Shown: one piece after another, positions 37,288 through 50,200 of the stretch | Layout: every line of letters starts with the position of its first letter | Numbering within the stretch: position 1 is the stretch's first letter | Assembly: GCA_030390025.1 (NCBI GenBank) | Contig: CM059438.1 | Span: 58,652,001 to 58,716,000, forward strand | DNA from: Squalus acanthias | Lineage: Eukaryota | Length of the DNA: 64,000 nucleotides | Direction: 5' to 3' | The notes under the pieces: generated by a model | Databases searched by the model: none | What the model was told of the DNA's origin: nothing | What the model saw: the letters and a program-made list of their open reading frames with translations, nothing else | Translations under genes and position numbers: made by a program

Positions 37288-40200
37288 GGGCAGTGCCCCT
37301 CGTTCCTGTCCGGGGTGGGCATCGCCCCTCGCTCCTGTCCGGGGTGGGCAGTGCCCCTCGCTCCTGTCCGGAGTGGGCAGTGCCCCTGGGTCCTATCCGG
37401 AGTGGGCAGTGCCCCTGGGTCCTACCTGGAGCGGGCAGTGCCCCTGGGTCCTACCCGGAGCGGGCAGTGCCCCTGGGTCCTGTCCGGAGCGGGCAGTGCC
37501 CCTGGGTCCTATCCGGAGTGGGCAGTGCCCCTGGGTCCTACCCGGAGCGGGCAGTGCCCCATGGTCCTATCCGGAGTGGGCAGTGCCCCTGGGTCCTACC
37601 CGGAGCGGGCAGTGCCCCTGGGTCCTACCCGGAGCGGGCAGTGCCCCTCGCTCTAGTCCGGAGTGGGCAGTGCCCCTCGCTCCTGTCTGGAGTGGGCAGT
37701 GCCCCTCGCTCCTGTCCGGAGTGGGCAGTGCCCCTGGGTCCTATCCGGAGTGGGCAGTGCCCCAGGGTCCTGTCCGGAGTGGGCAGTGCCCCTGGGTCCT
37801 GTCCAGAGCGGGCAGTGCCCCTGGGCCCTATCCGGAGTGGGCAGTGCCCCTGGGTCCTGTCCAGAGCGGGCAGTGCCCCTGGGTCCTATCCGGAGCGGGC
37901 AGTGCCCCTGGCTCCTGTCCAGAGTGGGCAGTGCCCCTGGGTCCTGTCCGGAGTGGGCAGTGCCACTGGGTCCTGTCCGGAGTGGGCATCGCCCCTCGCT
38001 CCTGTCCAGAGTGGGCAGTGCCCCTGGGTCCTATCCGGAGTGGACTGTGCCCCTGGGTCCTATCCGGAGTGGGCATCGCCCCTCGCTCCTGTCCAGAGTG
38101 GGCAGTGCCCCTGGGTCCTATCCGGAGTGGGCAGTGCCCCTGGGTCCTATCCGGAGTGGGCAGTGCCCCTGGGTCCTATCCGGAGTGGGCAGTGCCCCTG
38201 GGTCCTGTCCGGAGTGGGCAGTGCCCCTGGGTCCTGTCCGGAGTGGGCAGTCCCCCTGGGTCCTGTCCGGAGTGGGCAGTGCCCCTGGGTCCTATCCGGA
38301 GTGGGCAGTGCCCCTGGCTCCTGTCCAGAGTGGGCAGTGCCCCTGGGTCCTGTCCGGAGTGGGCAGTGCCACTGGGTCCTGTCCGGAGTGGGCATCGCCC
38401 CTCGCTCCTGTCCAGAGTGGGCAGTGCCCCTGGGTCCTATCCGGAGTGGACAGTGCCCCTGGGTCCTATCCGGAGTGGGCAGTGCCCCTCGCTCCTGTCC
38501 AGAGTGGGCAGTGCCCCTGGGTCCTATCCGGAGTGGGCAGTGCCCCTGGGTCCTATCCGGAGTGGGCAGTGCCCCTGGGTCCTATCCGGAGTGGGCATCG
38601 CCCCTCGCTCCTGTCCAGAGTGGGCAGTGCCCCTGGGTCCTATCCGGAGTGGGCAGTGCCCCTGGGTCCTGTCCGGAGTGGGCAGTGCCCCTGGGTCCTG
38701 TCCAGAGTGGGCAGTGCCCCTGGGTCCTATCCGGAGCGGGCAGTGCCCCTGGGTCCTGTCCAGAGTGGGCAGTGCCCCTGGGTCCTATCCGGAGCGGGCA
38801 GTGCCCCTGGGTCCTATCCGGAGCGGGCAGTGCCCCTGGGTCCTATCCGGAGTGGGCAGTGCCCCTCGCTCCTGTCCAGAGTGGGCAGTGCCCCTCGCTC
38901 CTGTCCAGAGTGGGCAGTGCCCCATGGTCCTGTCCGGAGTGGGCAGTGCCCCTGGGTCCTATCCGGAGTGGGCAGTGCCCCTGGGTCCTGTCCAGAGTGG
39001 GCAGTGCCCCTCGCTCCTGTCCAGAGTGGGCAGTGCCCCTGTGTCCTGTCCGGAGTGGGCAGTGCCCCTGGGTCCTATCCGGAGTGGGCAGTGCCCCTCG
39101 CTCCTGTCCGGAGTGGGCAGTGCCCCTGGGTCCTATCCGGAGTAGGCAGTGCCCCTGGGTCCTGTCCGGAGTGGGCAGTGCCCCTGGGTCCTATCCGGAG
39201 TGGGCAGTGCCCCTGGGTCCTGTCCGGAGTGGGCAGTGCCCCTGGGTCCTGTCCGAGTGGGCAGTCCCCCTGGGTCCTGTCCGGAGTGGGCAGTGCCCCT
39301 GGGTCCTATCCGGAGTGGGCAGTGCCCCTGGCTCCTGTCCAGAGTGGGCAGTGCCCCTGGGTCCTGTCCGGAGTGGGCAGTGCCACTGGGTCCTGTCCGG
39401 AGTGGGCATCGCCCCTCGCTCCTGTCCAGAGTGGGCAGTGCCCCTGGGTCCTATCCGGAGTGGACAGTGCCCCTGGGTCCTATCCGGAGTGGGCATCGCC
39501 CCTCGCTCCTGTCCAGAGTGGGCAGTGCCCCTGGGTCCTATCCGGAGTGGGCAGTGCCCCTGGGTCCTATCCGGAGTGGGCAGTGCCCCTGGGTCCTATC
39601 CGGAGTGGGCATCGCCCCTCGCTCCTGTCCAGAGTGGGCAGTGCCCCTGGGTCCTATCCGGAGTGGGCAGTGCCCCTGGGTCCTGTCCGGAGTGGGCAGT
39701 GCCCCTGGGTCCTGTCCAGAGTGGGCAGTGCCCCTGGGTCCTATCCGGAGCGGGCAGTGCCCCTGGGTCCTGTCCAGAGTGGGCAGTGCCCCTGGGTCCT
39801 ATCCGGAGTGGGCAGTGCCCCTGGGTCCTATCCGGAGTGGGCAGTGCCCCTCGCTCCTGTCCAGAGTGGGCAGTGCCCCTCGCTCCTGTCCAGAGTGGGC
39901 AGTGCCCCTGGGTCCTGTCCGGAGTGGGCAGTGCCCCTGGGTCCTATCCGGAGTGGGCAGTGCCCCTGGGTCCTGTCCAGAGTGGGCAGTGCCCCTCGCT
40001 CCTGTCCAGAGTGGGCAGTGCCCCTGGGTCCTATCCGGAGTGGGCAGTGCCCCTGGGTCCTATCCGGAGTGGGCAGTGCCCCTGGGTCCTATCCGGAGTG
40101 GGCAGTGCCCCTGGGTCCTGTCCGGAGTGGGCAGTGCCCCTGGGTCCTATCCGGAGTAGGCAGTGCCCCTGGGTCCTATCCGGAGTGGGCAGTGCCCCTG

Positions 40201-40785
40201 GGTCCTGTCCGGAGTGGGCAGTGCCCCTGGGTCCTGTCCAGAGTGGGCAGTGCCCCTGGGTCCTATCCGGAGCGGGCAGTGCCCCTGGGTCCTGTCCAGA
40301 GTGGGCAGTGCCCCTGGGTCCTATCCGGAGCGGGCAGTGCCCCTGGGTCCTATCTGGAGCGGGCAGTGCCCCTGGGTCCTATCCGGAGTGGGCAGTGCCC
40401 CTCGCTCCTGTCCAGAGTGGGCAGTGCCCCTCGCTCCTGTCCAGAGTGGGCAGTGCCCCTGGGTCCTGTCCGGAGTGGGCAGTGCCCCTGGGTCCTATCC
40501 GGAGTGGGCAGTGCCCCTGGGTCCTGTCCAGAGTGGGCAGTGACCCTCGCTCCTGTCCAGAGTGGGCAGTGCCCCTGGGTCCTATCCGGAGTGGGCAGTG
40601 CCCCTGGGTCCTGTCCGGAGTGGGCAGTGCCCCTGGGTCCTATCCGGAGTGGGCAGTGCCCCTGGGTCCTATCCGGAGTGGGCAGTGACCCTCGCTCCTG
40701 TCCGGAGTGGGCAGTGCCCCTGGGTCCTATCCGGAGTGGGCAGTGCCCCTGGGTCCTGTCCGGAGTGGGCAGTGCCCCTGGGTCT
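37288..40785. repeat. 29-bp GC-rich satellite (about 120 units) directly upstream of nvd
   Basis: Unit gggcagtgcccctgggtcctrtccggagt. Confidence 0.98.
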
Positions 40786-40932
40786 TGCCCAGGTTGTGGG
40801 GCTGGACTTGCACCTGTCGAGCTGCTGACGTGTGCGGCAGATGTGCGGAGGCGGAGCCAGGTGCGGGGCAGAGCCCGGAGCCCGGAGCCCGAGCGAGGAA
40901 GCGGACTGGGAGCCGGAGCCGGGGACCGGGAC

Positions 40933-41272
40933 ATGGAGCGGGAGCGGGAGCCGGAGGCTGGGGGCGGCTGGCTGGCCGCTGCCGGGCTGAGAGCCGGGGC
41001 TGGCTGGCTGCTCCGCCCGCTGGCCGGCTTGGCGCTGCTCGCCGCCCTGCGCTGGCTCTACCGCCTGTGCTTCGCCCCCCTGCAGCTGCTCCGAGCCGCG
41101 CACCAGGTGGGCTACATCCCCGAGCCCGGCCACAGCGAGCGCCAGGCGGCCGGCCAGGTGAGGAGGAGGCGCAAGCGAGGAGAGCTGCCCCCGGTCTACC
41201 CGAACGGCTGGTACCGGCTCCTCGACTCGCAGCAGCTCCGAGTGGCGGAAGTAAAGAACATCACCATCCTCG
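40933..41272 (+). CDS. nvd: nvd exon 1 (CpG-rich)
   Basis: gacATGG start (first in-frame ATG); [10 protein letters not shown]; donor G|gtaag, phase 1. Confidence 0.9.
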
Positions 41273-44200
41273 GTAAGCACTAGTGGGGGGGGGAGAGGGT
41301 AGGAGGTGTGGGGGGGGGAGAGGGTAGGAGGTGTGGCGGGGGGAGAGGGTAGGAGGTGTGGGGGGGGGGAGAGGGTAGGAGGTGTGGGGGGGGGAGAGGG
41401 TAGGAGGTGTGGGGGGGGGAGAGGGTAGGAGGTGTGGGGGGGGGAGAGGGTAGGAGGTGTGGGGGGGGGGNNNNNNNNNNNNNNNNNNNNNNNNNNNNNN
41501 NNNNNNNNNNNNNNNNNNNNNNNNNNNNNNNNNNNNNNNNNNNNNNNNNNNNNNNNNNNNNNNNNNNNNNNNNNNNNNNNNNNNNNNNNNNNNNNNNNNN
41601 NNNNNNNNNNNNNNNNNNNNNNNNNNNNNNNNNNNNNNNNNNNNNNNNNNNNNNNNNNNNNNNNNNNNNNNNNNNNNNNNNNNNNNNNNNNNNNNNNNNN
41701 NNNNNNNNNNNNNNNNNNNNNNNNNNNNNNNNNNNNNNNNNNNNNNNNNNNNNNNNNNNNNNNNNNNNNNNNNNNNNNNNNNNNNNNNNNNNNNNNNNNN
41801 NNNNNNNNNNNNNNNNNNNNNNNNNNNNNNNNNNNNNNNNNNNNNNNNNNNNNNNNNNNNNNNNNNNNNNNNNNNNNNNNNNNNNNNNNNNNNNNNNNNN
41901 NNNNNNNNNNNNNNNNNNNNNNNNNNNNNNNNNNNNNNNNNNNNNNNNNNNNNNNNNNNNNNNNNNNNNNCCCCCCAACACTGCCCCCCTCCCCTCTCAC
42001 TTGCATCTTTTAGCTGATCTGCTCCACCACAGGTCTCTGGGCCTCAGTGGCAGTTTGCCAGCTCTGGGATGTTGCTGGAGGCTGGCTGGTGGACACTGAG
42101 GTATTCAGACTGTGGCACTGACCAAAACTTACCGAGAAGTCCCAATTTTTTTTTTAAATCCTTTACTTTGGGGAGAAGTGTCAGTGGAGGGAATGACGCC
42201 TGTACCAGTGCTCCCCCTGGTGGTGGATGCCATCTGGTGACCCTGCTCTCCTAGACTCCAGGCATGTGGTGGTGTGGAGATGATGGGGCTCTGCCTGCAG
42301 ACTGATAACCAGCAGTGACGACACGGTGATGGGGCACAATTCTGGATCCAGCTCTTGGGGCTAGTGGGTGGGAATAAGGTGCAGTTATGAGGTGAAGTTG
42401 GACTGTTAGCCCCACTTTGAGTTTCACTTGCTGTAGATGTTGCCCCGATGCTGGGACTGTCGATCACTGGGTCCCAGTGACTGTGATGCAGAAACTCTGA
42501 GCATCAGGTCAGACCCCTCTCTCTCCGCTGGGACGAGCTCTCTCTCCTGCTTGGTGCTCCGATCAGGTGGGACCTGGTCCTGGGCAAGTTTGCCGCTTGA
42601 TTTGAGCAAGGTGGAGCTGGTTCAATATATTCATGGTGCTGGACTGGCACCCACATTGCAAGCAATAACTCCTAATGAGTGCAGGCTCCTGATTATATTG
42701 GGCTCAGTGTCACCTCGCTCACTCATGATGAAAGTGTGTCACTGAGTGACTGAGGGGAGAGGAGAAGAGCAGTTTTACGCAGCGAGTTGCTATGATCTGG
42801 AACGTGCTGCCTGAAAGGGCGGTGGAAGCAGATTCAATAGTAACTTTCAAAAGGGAATTGGATAAATACTTGAAAAGGAGAAATTTACAGGACTCTGGGG
42901 GAAGAGCAGGGGAGTGGGATTAATTAGAGAGCTCTTTGAGAGAGCCGGCACAGGTACAATGGCTGAATGGCCTCCTCCTGTGCTATAAGATTCGATGAGA
43001 CCAGCAATGCTGAGCCTCATCAGCAGGTGGAATGGGCCAATAACAATCGAGGTTTTATAGAAACATAGAATCTAGGAGCAGGAGTAGGCCATTCGGCCCG
43101 TCGAGCCTGCTCCACCATTCAATACGATCATGGCTGATCATCCAAATCCAGTACCCTGTCCCTGCTTTAATCCCCACAGTACACACATCCCACCCTACCC
43201 CCGTAACCCCACGTATTTAATTCCCCCTAACATATCCCATCCTATCCCCATAACCCCACATATTTAATCCCCCCCTAACACTAAGGGTCAATTTTTTTTA
43301 TCATAGCCAAATCAACCTAACCCGCACATTTTTGGACTGTGGGAGGAAACCAGAGCACCCCCACGCAGACACGGGGAGAATGTGCAAACTCCACACAGAC
43401 AGTCACCCAAGGTCAGATTCGAACCCGGGTCCCTGGCGCTGTGAGGCACCAGTGCTAACCACTATGCCACCGTGTTGCCCGAGTTATAAACTATGAACAA
43501 ACGCTCTTGTCAGTTGCTTCTGGCCATCAAGGAAGCTTCGAGGTGGGGTGGGGAGGGGAGGGGCGAGGGTCAGCGTGGGGTCGGTGGGGAGGGGCGGCGG
43601 GGGAGTGGCACAACACATCATCTTTTCCTGAGTTTATCCGAGCCTCACACACCATGAAGGTCCCACGGTTGCTCCCTGGTTTGGGCCAGTGGCTTTGCTC
43701 CAGAGTTAGTGAGTGGGAACACTGACTACCACTGGAACAGGATTGGGTTCAGCTGTGATGCACCCTACTGTCAACACTCAATGCTGAGACACTTGTGTGA
43801 GCAATGGATGACATACTGGAGCAGGACTGTGGCCCATGAAAGAGTATCCCAGTAAAGAGACTCCACATTCTCTACACTGCCCCATCAAACACTCCCAGGG
43901 CAGGTACAGCACGGGTTAGATACAGAGTAAAGCTCCCTCTACACTGTCCCATCAAACACTCCCAGGGCAGGTACAGCACGGGTTAGATACAGAGTAAAGC
44001 TCCCTCTACACTGTCCCATCAAACACTCCCAGGGCAGATACAGCATGGGTTAGATACAGGGTTAATGATTGGCTGTTCCAGTTGCACCCCATGTTAGTAG
44101 TTAGATTAATGCACGGGATTAGTTAGTAGTGAGATCTCTGGATCACACTGTGAAATGCAAGCGTGCACACGTACTGTTTACATATTTATTCAAAGCAGAA

Positions 44201-47200
44201 CCATTCTTGTATCCAGTATTCTTTGGTGATGCTGCTTTTACACCGGGTGTGGTTCGACTCGTAAACCGGGTGAAGTGAGAGGCCGGTGATTTGGGAATAC
44301 TTTCAACCTCCCACTCGGTGTGTCTGTTCCTTCTCTGATGGTGCTTAGAGATGATCAGTTGTGTTTGACTTCACTTCACCCTCTGTGTGACGTTTCCGGT
44401 TTCGACCAGTGCTGACCGGTCGAATGTGTTTAGCATTTGTGCTAATGACTCGCTGTCCTTTTGCAGGTGAGCAGGTGGCTGTGTATCGTGGCCAGGATGG
44501 GCAGGCCTATGTCGTTGATGCTTATTGTCCACACCTGGGCGCTAACCTGGCTGTGGGGGGCCGAGTGATTGGAAACTGTATCGAATGCCCATTCCATGGC
44601 TGGCAGTTCCGTGGTGAGGATGGCAAATGCACAAAGATTCCGTATGCTGAAAAAGGTACGGGCAGCAGGGATACGGGGGGCGGGGTGGGGGGTGAGTATG
44701 AGCTGGTGAACAGTATGTATGGTCTGTCTGGGAGGCTCTGGATAATTTATTGGAGAAAGTCGGAGAAATGGGGCTGTGGCACAGAAGTGGGTGGAAGTGA
44801 CATCTGCAAGTATGGAGCGGAATTAGGGGAAGAACAACTGCAGGGAATGGAGATGGGATGTGTGGATGAGGCTGTTTATGGCTTGAGAGAGCTGGGGATG
44901 GGATGGTGTTTGGGGGGAGGGTCTGTCTGTGATGGAGTTGGGGGATGGGATGGTGTTTCGGGGGAGGGTCTGTCTGTGATGGAGTTGGGGGATGGGATGG
45001 TGTTTGGGGGGAGGGTCTGTCTGTGATGGAGTTGGGGGATGGGATGGTGTTTGGGGGGAGGGTCTGTCTGTGATGGAGTTGGGGGATGGGATGGTGTTTC
45101 GGGGGAGGGTCTGTCTGTGGTGGAGTCGGGGGATGGGATGGTGTTTGGGGGGAGGGTATGTAGAGCCGGGGATGGGACGGTGTTTGGGGGGAGGGTCTGT
45201 AGAGCTGGGGATGGGACGGTGTTTGGGGGGAGGGTCTGTAGAGCCGGGGATGGGATAGTGTTTGGGGGGAGGGTCTGTGATGGAGTCGGGGATGGGACGG
45301 TGTTTGGGGGAGGGTATGTGATGAAGTCGGGGATGGGATAGTGTTTGGGGGGAGGGTCTGTAGAGCCGGGGATGGGATAGTGTTTGGGGGGAGGGTCTGT
45401 AGAGCCGGGGATGGGACGGTGTTTGGGGGGAGGGTCTGTAGAGCGGGGATGGGACGGTGTTTGGGGGGAGGGTCTGTAGAGCGGGGATGGGACGGTGTTT
45501 GGGGGGAGGGTCTGTAGAGCCGGGGATGGGATGGTGTTTGGGGGGAGGGTCTGTATGTGGTAGAGCCGGGGATGGGACGGTGTTTGGGGGGAGGGTCTGT
45601 ATGTGGTAGAGCCGGGGATGGGATGGTGTTTGGGGGGAGGGTCTGTAGAGCCGGGGATGGGACGGTGTTTGGGGGGAGGGTCTGTATGTGGTAGTGCTGG
45701 GGATGGGATGGTGTTTGGGGGGAGGGTCTGTAGAGCCGGGGATGGGACGGTGTTTGGGGGGAGGGTCTGTATGTGGTAGTGCTGGGGATGGGATGGTGTT
45801 TGGGGGGAGGGTCTGTAGAGCCGGGATGGGACGGTGTTTGGGGGGAGGGTCTGTAGAGCGGGGATGGGACGGTGTTTGGGGGGAGGGTCTGTAGAGCCGG
45901 GGATGGGACGGTGTTTGGGGGGAGGGTCTGTAGAGCCGGGGATGGGACGGTGTTTGGGGGGAGGGTCTGTAGAGCCGGGGATGGGACGGTGTTTGGGGGG
46001 AGGGTCTGTAGAGCCGGGGATGGGACGGTGTTTGGGGGGAGGGTCTGTAGAGCCGGGGATGGGACGGTGTTTGGGGGGAGGGTCTCTATGTGATGGGGCC
46101 GGGGATGGGATGGTGTTTGGGGGAGGGTCTGTATGTGGTAGAGCCGGGGATGGGATGGTGTTTGGGGGGAGGGTCTGTATGTGGTAGAGCCGGGGATGGG
46201 ACGGTGTTTGGGGGGAGGGTCTGTATGTGGTAGAGCCGGGGATGGGATGGTGTTTGGGGGGAGGGTCTGTAGAGCCGGGGATGGGACGGTGTTTGGGGGA
46301 GGGTCTGTAGAGCCGGGGATGGGACGGTGTTTGGGGGGAGGGTCTCTATGTGATGGGGCTGGGGATGGGATAGTGTTTGGGGGAGGGTCTGTAGAGCCGG
46401 GGATGGGACAGTGTTTGGGGGGAGGGTCTCTATGTGATGGGGCCGGGGATGGGATAGTGTTTGTCTGCTGTGTAGATCTGACCATGGTGGTGGAGTTTGG
46501 CTGACCTTGTTGACCCCTCTTCTCTCCAGTGCCGGACTTCGCTAAGACTAAAACCTGGCCTTCGTGTGAGCTGAACGGTGCAGTGTTTGTGTGGTTTCAC
46601 TGTGACGGCATCGATCCCAGCTGGAGCATTCCTGAACAGGACGAGATCCAGTCGGGAGCGTGGGTCTACCGCGGGAGGACGGAGCATTACATCAACTCTC
46701 ACATCCAGGTAGGACCAGGGGCCAGGTGCGGTACTGGCAGCACCACCATGTAGGGTTGAAGTGTTTGGAGACCCGAGTATTGTGGGAGGGGGTAAGAGGA
46801 GAAAGCGAGTGGAGTTCAGTTAACCGCGTGCTATTTTCAGCATGACACGAATACCATGGGCTGCACACAGCTGAGAATCGGCAGCACAGGCATGCACGAT
46901 GGCCGCTGTTTCTCGAAGGTTCTTTTGCTTGTGGTTACCTAACAATACTGGAGTTGATTCAAATCCAGTTGGGAAGACCAAAGTTTTTAGGAACAGCAAA
47001 AAGCAGTTTGGCAAAGCAAGCCCGTCCCTTTTTGATGACCTTGTCTTCTCGCCATCCCTTCTTGCTACAAGAACACGTCCACCTGTCTCTGGACTATATT
47101 TACAGTTCAGTCTGCTTCCGTTTCTTAGAACGACAGAAGTTTACAGCACAGAAGGAGGGTCTGTATGTGATGGGGATGGGATGGTGTTTGGCCCATCATA

Positions 47201-50200
47201 TCTGTGCCAGCTCTTTGCTGGAGCAATCCAGAGCTAGTGTCCTGCTCTCTGCCCACATTCCTGTATCTTCCTCTGCTTTGAATTGAATCCACTTTTCCCT
47301 TTAAAAGATGCAGATGCTCCGCCCCAAACATTCCCTGCGGCAAAGCACTCCCTGCTCGGAAAACCCCCTGAATTAAGATACTTATCCTAATCTCCCTGTC
47401 ACTCGTGGTGCCTGAGAGGGTGAGTAAGCAGATGAACTCGGCCTAACTGCTAGTGTGGGGTGCAGTAAGCTTTGAAGGGCTGAGGTGGAGCCGCCTGCGG
47501 TTCCCAGGAGCAGCTGCTGCTGTCTGCAGTGTGTAACCCTGCTCTGCCCATAGATTGTGACTGCCTCCATCGACTGACCGCTGCTGCTGTCTGCAGTGTG
47601 TAACCCTGCTCTGCCCATAGATTGTGACTGCCTCCATCGACTGACCGCTGTTGTCGCTGTGTTTGTGTAACAGGAGATCCCAGAGAATGCGGCTGACATC
47701 GCCCACCTGTCCCACCTTCACACTCCGAGTATCCTGAGCGGGGCAGATCTCCGATACACCAGCGCCAGACTCTGGGGCTTTGCACAGCACGATTGGAAGG
47801 TAAGGGGGATGGGGAAGGGGTTTCTGGTCCTTGAGCAGCTGACTGGGATCAGACTCATTCAAACAGCTGAAGTATTCGATGGGAATCCTGGTTAACGTTC
47901 CTCGGGCTGGGGAGGGACAGGGATTTGTCTGGGAGATCGAAGCGGGAGAGGGTTATTCAACCGTGGTGGTTTGCCGAGGGAATAGGAAGTGACCCTCTCG
48001 CTAAATGTCTCTGCTTTCACTTTGTTGGAGCCAAGCTCCGTGACCTTCTGTGAAGGTCTGTGAACTGACCGAACATCAAATGACGAACCTTGGACACACA
48101 CGTCTGCTGGACTTGTGCAGTCTTACGTTGCCTCACCTCCTGTCTTCATACCTGCAAGAGCCACAGCTCAGGGACAGAAGGGAAGAGGAACACAAACAGG
48201 CACAAAGGAAGTCACGGTTGTAACAATATCAATATGTTTTTATATTCTTCTTTATTAGTTTTTTGAGGATGTAACTAGCAGGGTAGATAAAGGGGAACCA
48301 GTGCATGTAGTGTATTGGATTTCCAAAAGGCATTCGATGAGGTGCCACACGAAAGGTTGCTACACAAGATAAGGGCTCAGGGGGTTGAGGGTAATGTATT
48401 AGCATGGATAGAGGATTGGTTAACGGCCAGAAAACAGAGAGTGGGGATAAACGGGTCATTTTCCAGTTGGCAGACTGTAACTAGTGGGGCGCCGCAAGGA
48501 TCAGTGCTTGGGCCTCAGCTATTCACAATCTATATTAATGACTTGGATGAAGGGACCGAGTGCATGTATCCAAGTTTGCTGGCAATACAAAGTTAGGTGG
48601 GAAAGTAAGCTGTGAGGAGGATACAAAGAGCCTCCAAAGGGGTTAAGTGAGTCGGCAATAAGGTGGCAGATGGAGTATAATGTGGGGAAATGTGAGGTTA
48701 TTCACTTGGTAGGAAGAATAGAAAAACAGAATATTTTTTAAATGGCAATAAACTATTAAATGTTGGTGTTCAGAGAGATTTAGGTGTCCTTGTACAGGAA
48801 ACACGGAAAGTTAGCATGCCGGTACAGCAAGCAATTAGGAAGGCAAATGGCATGTTGGCCTTTATTGCGAGGGGGTTGGAGTACAAGAGTAAGGAAGTCT
48901 TACTACCATTGTACAGGGCCTTGGTGAGACCACACCTGGAGTACTGTGCACAGTTTTGGGCTCCTTATCTGAGAAAGGACATACTTGCCTTAGAGGCAGT
49001 GCAATGAAGGTTCACTAGATTGATCCCTGGGATGAGGGGGTAGTCCTATGAGGAGAGATTGAGTAGATTGGGCTATACTCTCTGGAGTTTAGAAGAATGA
49101 GAGGTGATCTCATTGAAACATATAAGATTCTGAGAGGGCTTGAGAGGCTGTTTCTCCTGGCTGGAGAGTCTAGAATTAGGGGGCATAGTCTCAGGATAAG
49201 GGGTCGGCCATTTAGGACTGAGATGAGGAGGTATTTCTTCACTCAGAGGGTTGTGAATCTTTGGAATTCTCTACCCGAAAGGGCTGTGGATGCTGAATCA
49301 TTTAGTATATTCAAGACTGAGATAGATAGATTTTTGGACTCTAGGGGATTCAAGGGATATGGGGGTCGGGCAGGTTAGTGGAGTTGAGGTTGAAGATCAG
49401 CCATGATCTTATTGAATGGCGGAGCAGACTGAAAGGGCCATATGGCCGACTCCTGCTCCTAATTCTTATGTTCTAACAAAGACAACAGTAATGTAGACAG
49501 AATTGGTTTAAATCGTGTTCTCAAAGCTTGTCTTTTCATCACAGCAGGGGATAGTGGGAGGGCAGGAGCCTGCTGCAATATAAAAGGCAATGTGCTGCTA
49601 TAAGAGCATGCATCAAAGATTGTTTACAATTAAGCTATGGCTCGGGAAAAGATAGGAAGTAACAATCTTGGTGTGTTTGGCAATCAGTTTGAACAACTGA
49701 GTGGTCATAGAATTATAGAACTTTATGGCATAGAAGGAGGCCATTCGGCCCATCGTGTCCGTGCCGGTCGAAAAAGAGCTATCCAGCCTAATCCCACTTT
49801 CCAGCTCTTGGTCCGTAGCCCTGTAGGTTACGGTACTTCAAGTGCATATCCAAGTACTTTTTAAATGCGATGAGGGTTTCTGCCTCTACCACCCTTTCAG
49901 GCAGTGAGTTCCAGACCCCCACCACCCTCTGGGTGAAAAGAATTCTCCTCAACTCCCCTCTAAACCTTCTACCAATTACTTTAAATCTATGCCCCCTGAT
50001 TATTGCCCTCTCTGTTAAGGGAAATAGGCCCTTCCTATCCACTCTATCCAGGCCCCTCATAATTTTATACACCTCAATTAAGTCTCCCCGTAGATTATAA
50101 TGTCAGGTTTGCTCCTTGGCCAGCCCTTGTCCGTGGACAGACAGACCGATCTACTCTAATGTATGTCCGACTATTCTTGGCTGTACCCTGGCACTGCTGC

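Noticed and set aside
37288-40785. CAGUGC loops resembling iron-responsive elements upstream of an iron enzyme
   Set aside because: Only 3 bp of the required 5-bp upper stem and no bulged C; probably not in the mRNA
37193-41283. 650-, 1131- and 1206-aa repetitive ORFs, one in frame with nvd exon 1
   Set aside because: A stop-free 29-bp unit opens all three frames; no in-frame ATG in the 1206-aa frame before 40933
40669-42099. ORFs spanning the N run
   Set aside because: Artefacts of the assembly gap
44542-46504. Pro- or Gly-rich ORFs (also 52216-53262, 54458-55247, 61012-62165)
   Set aside because: Translations of intronic minisatellites
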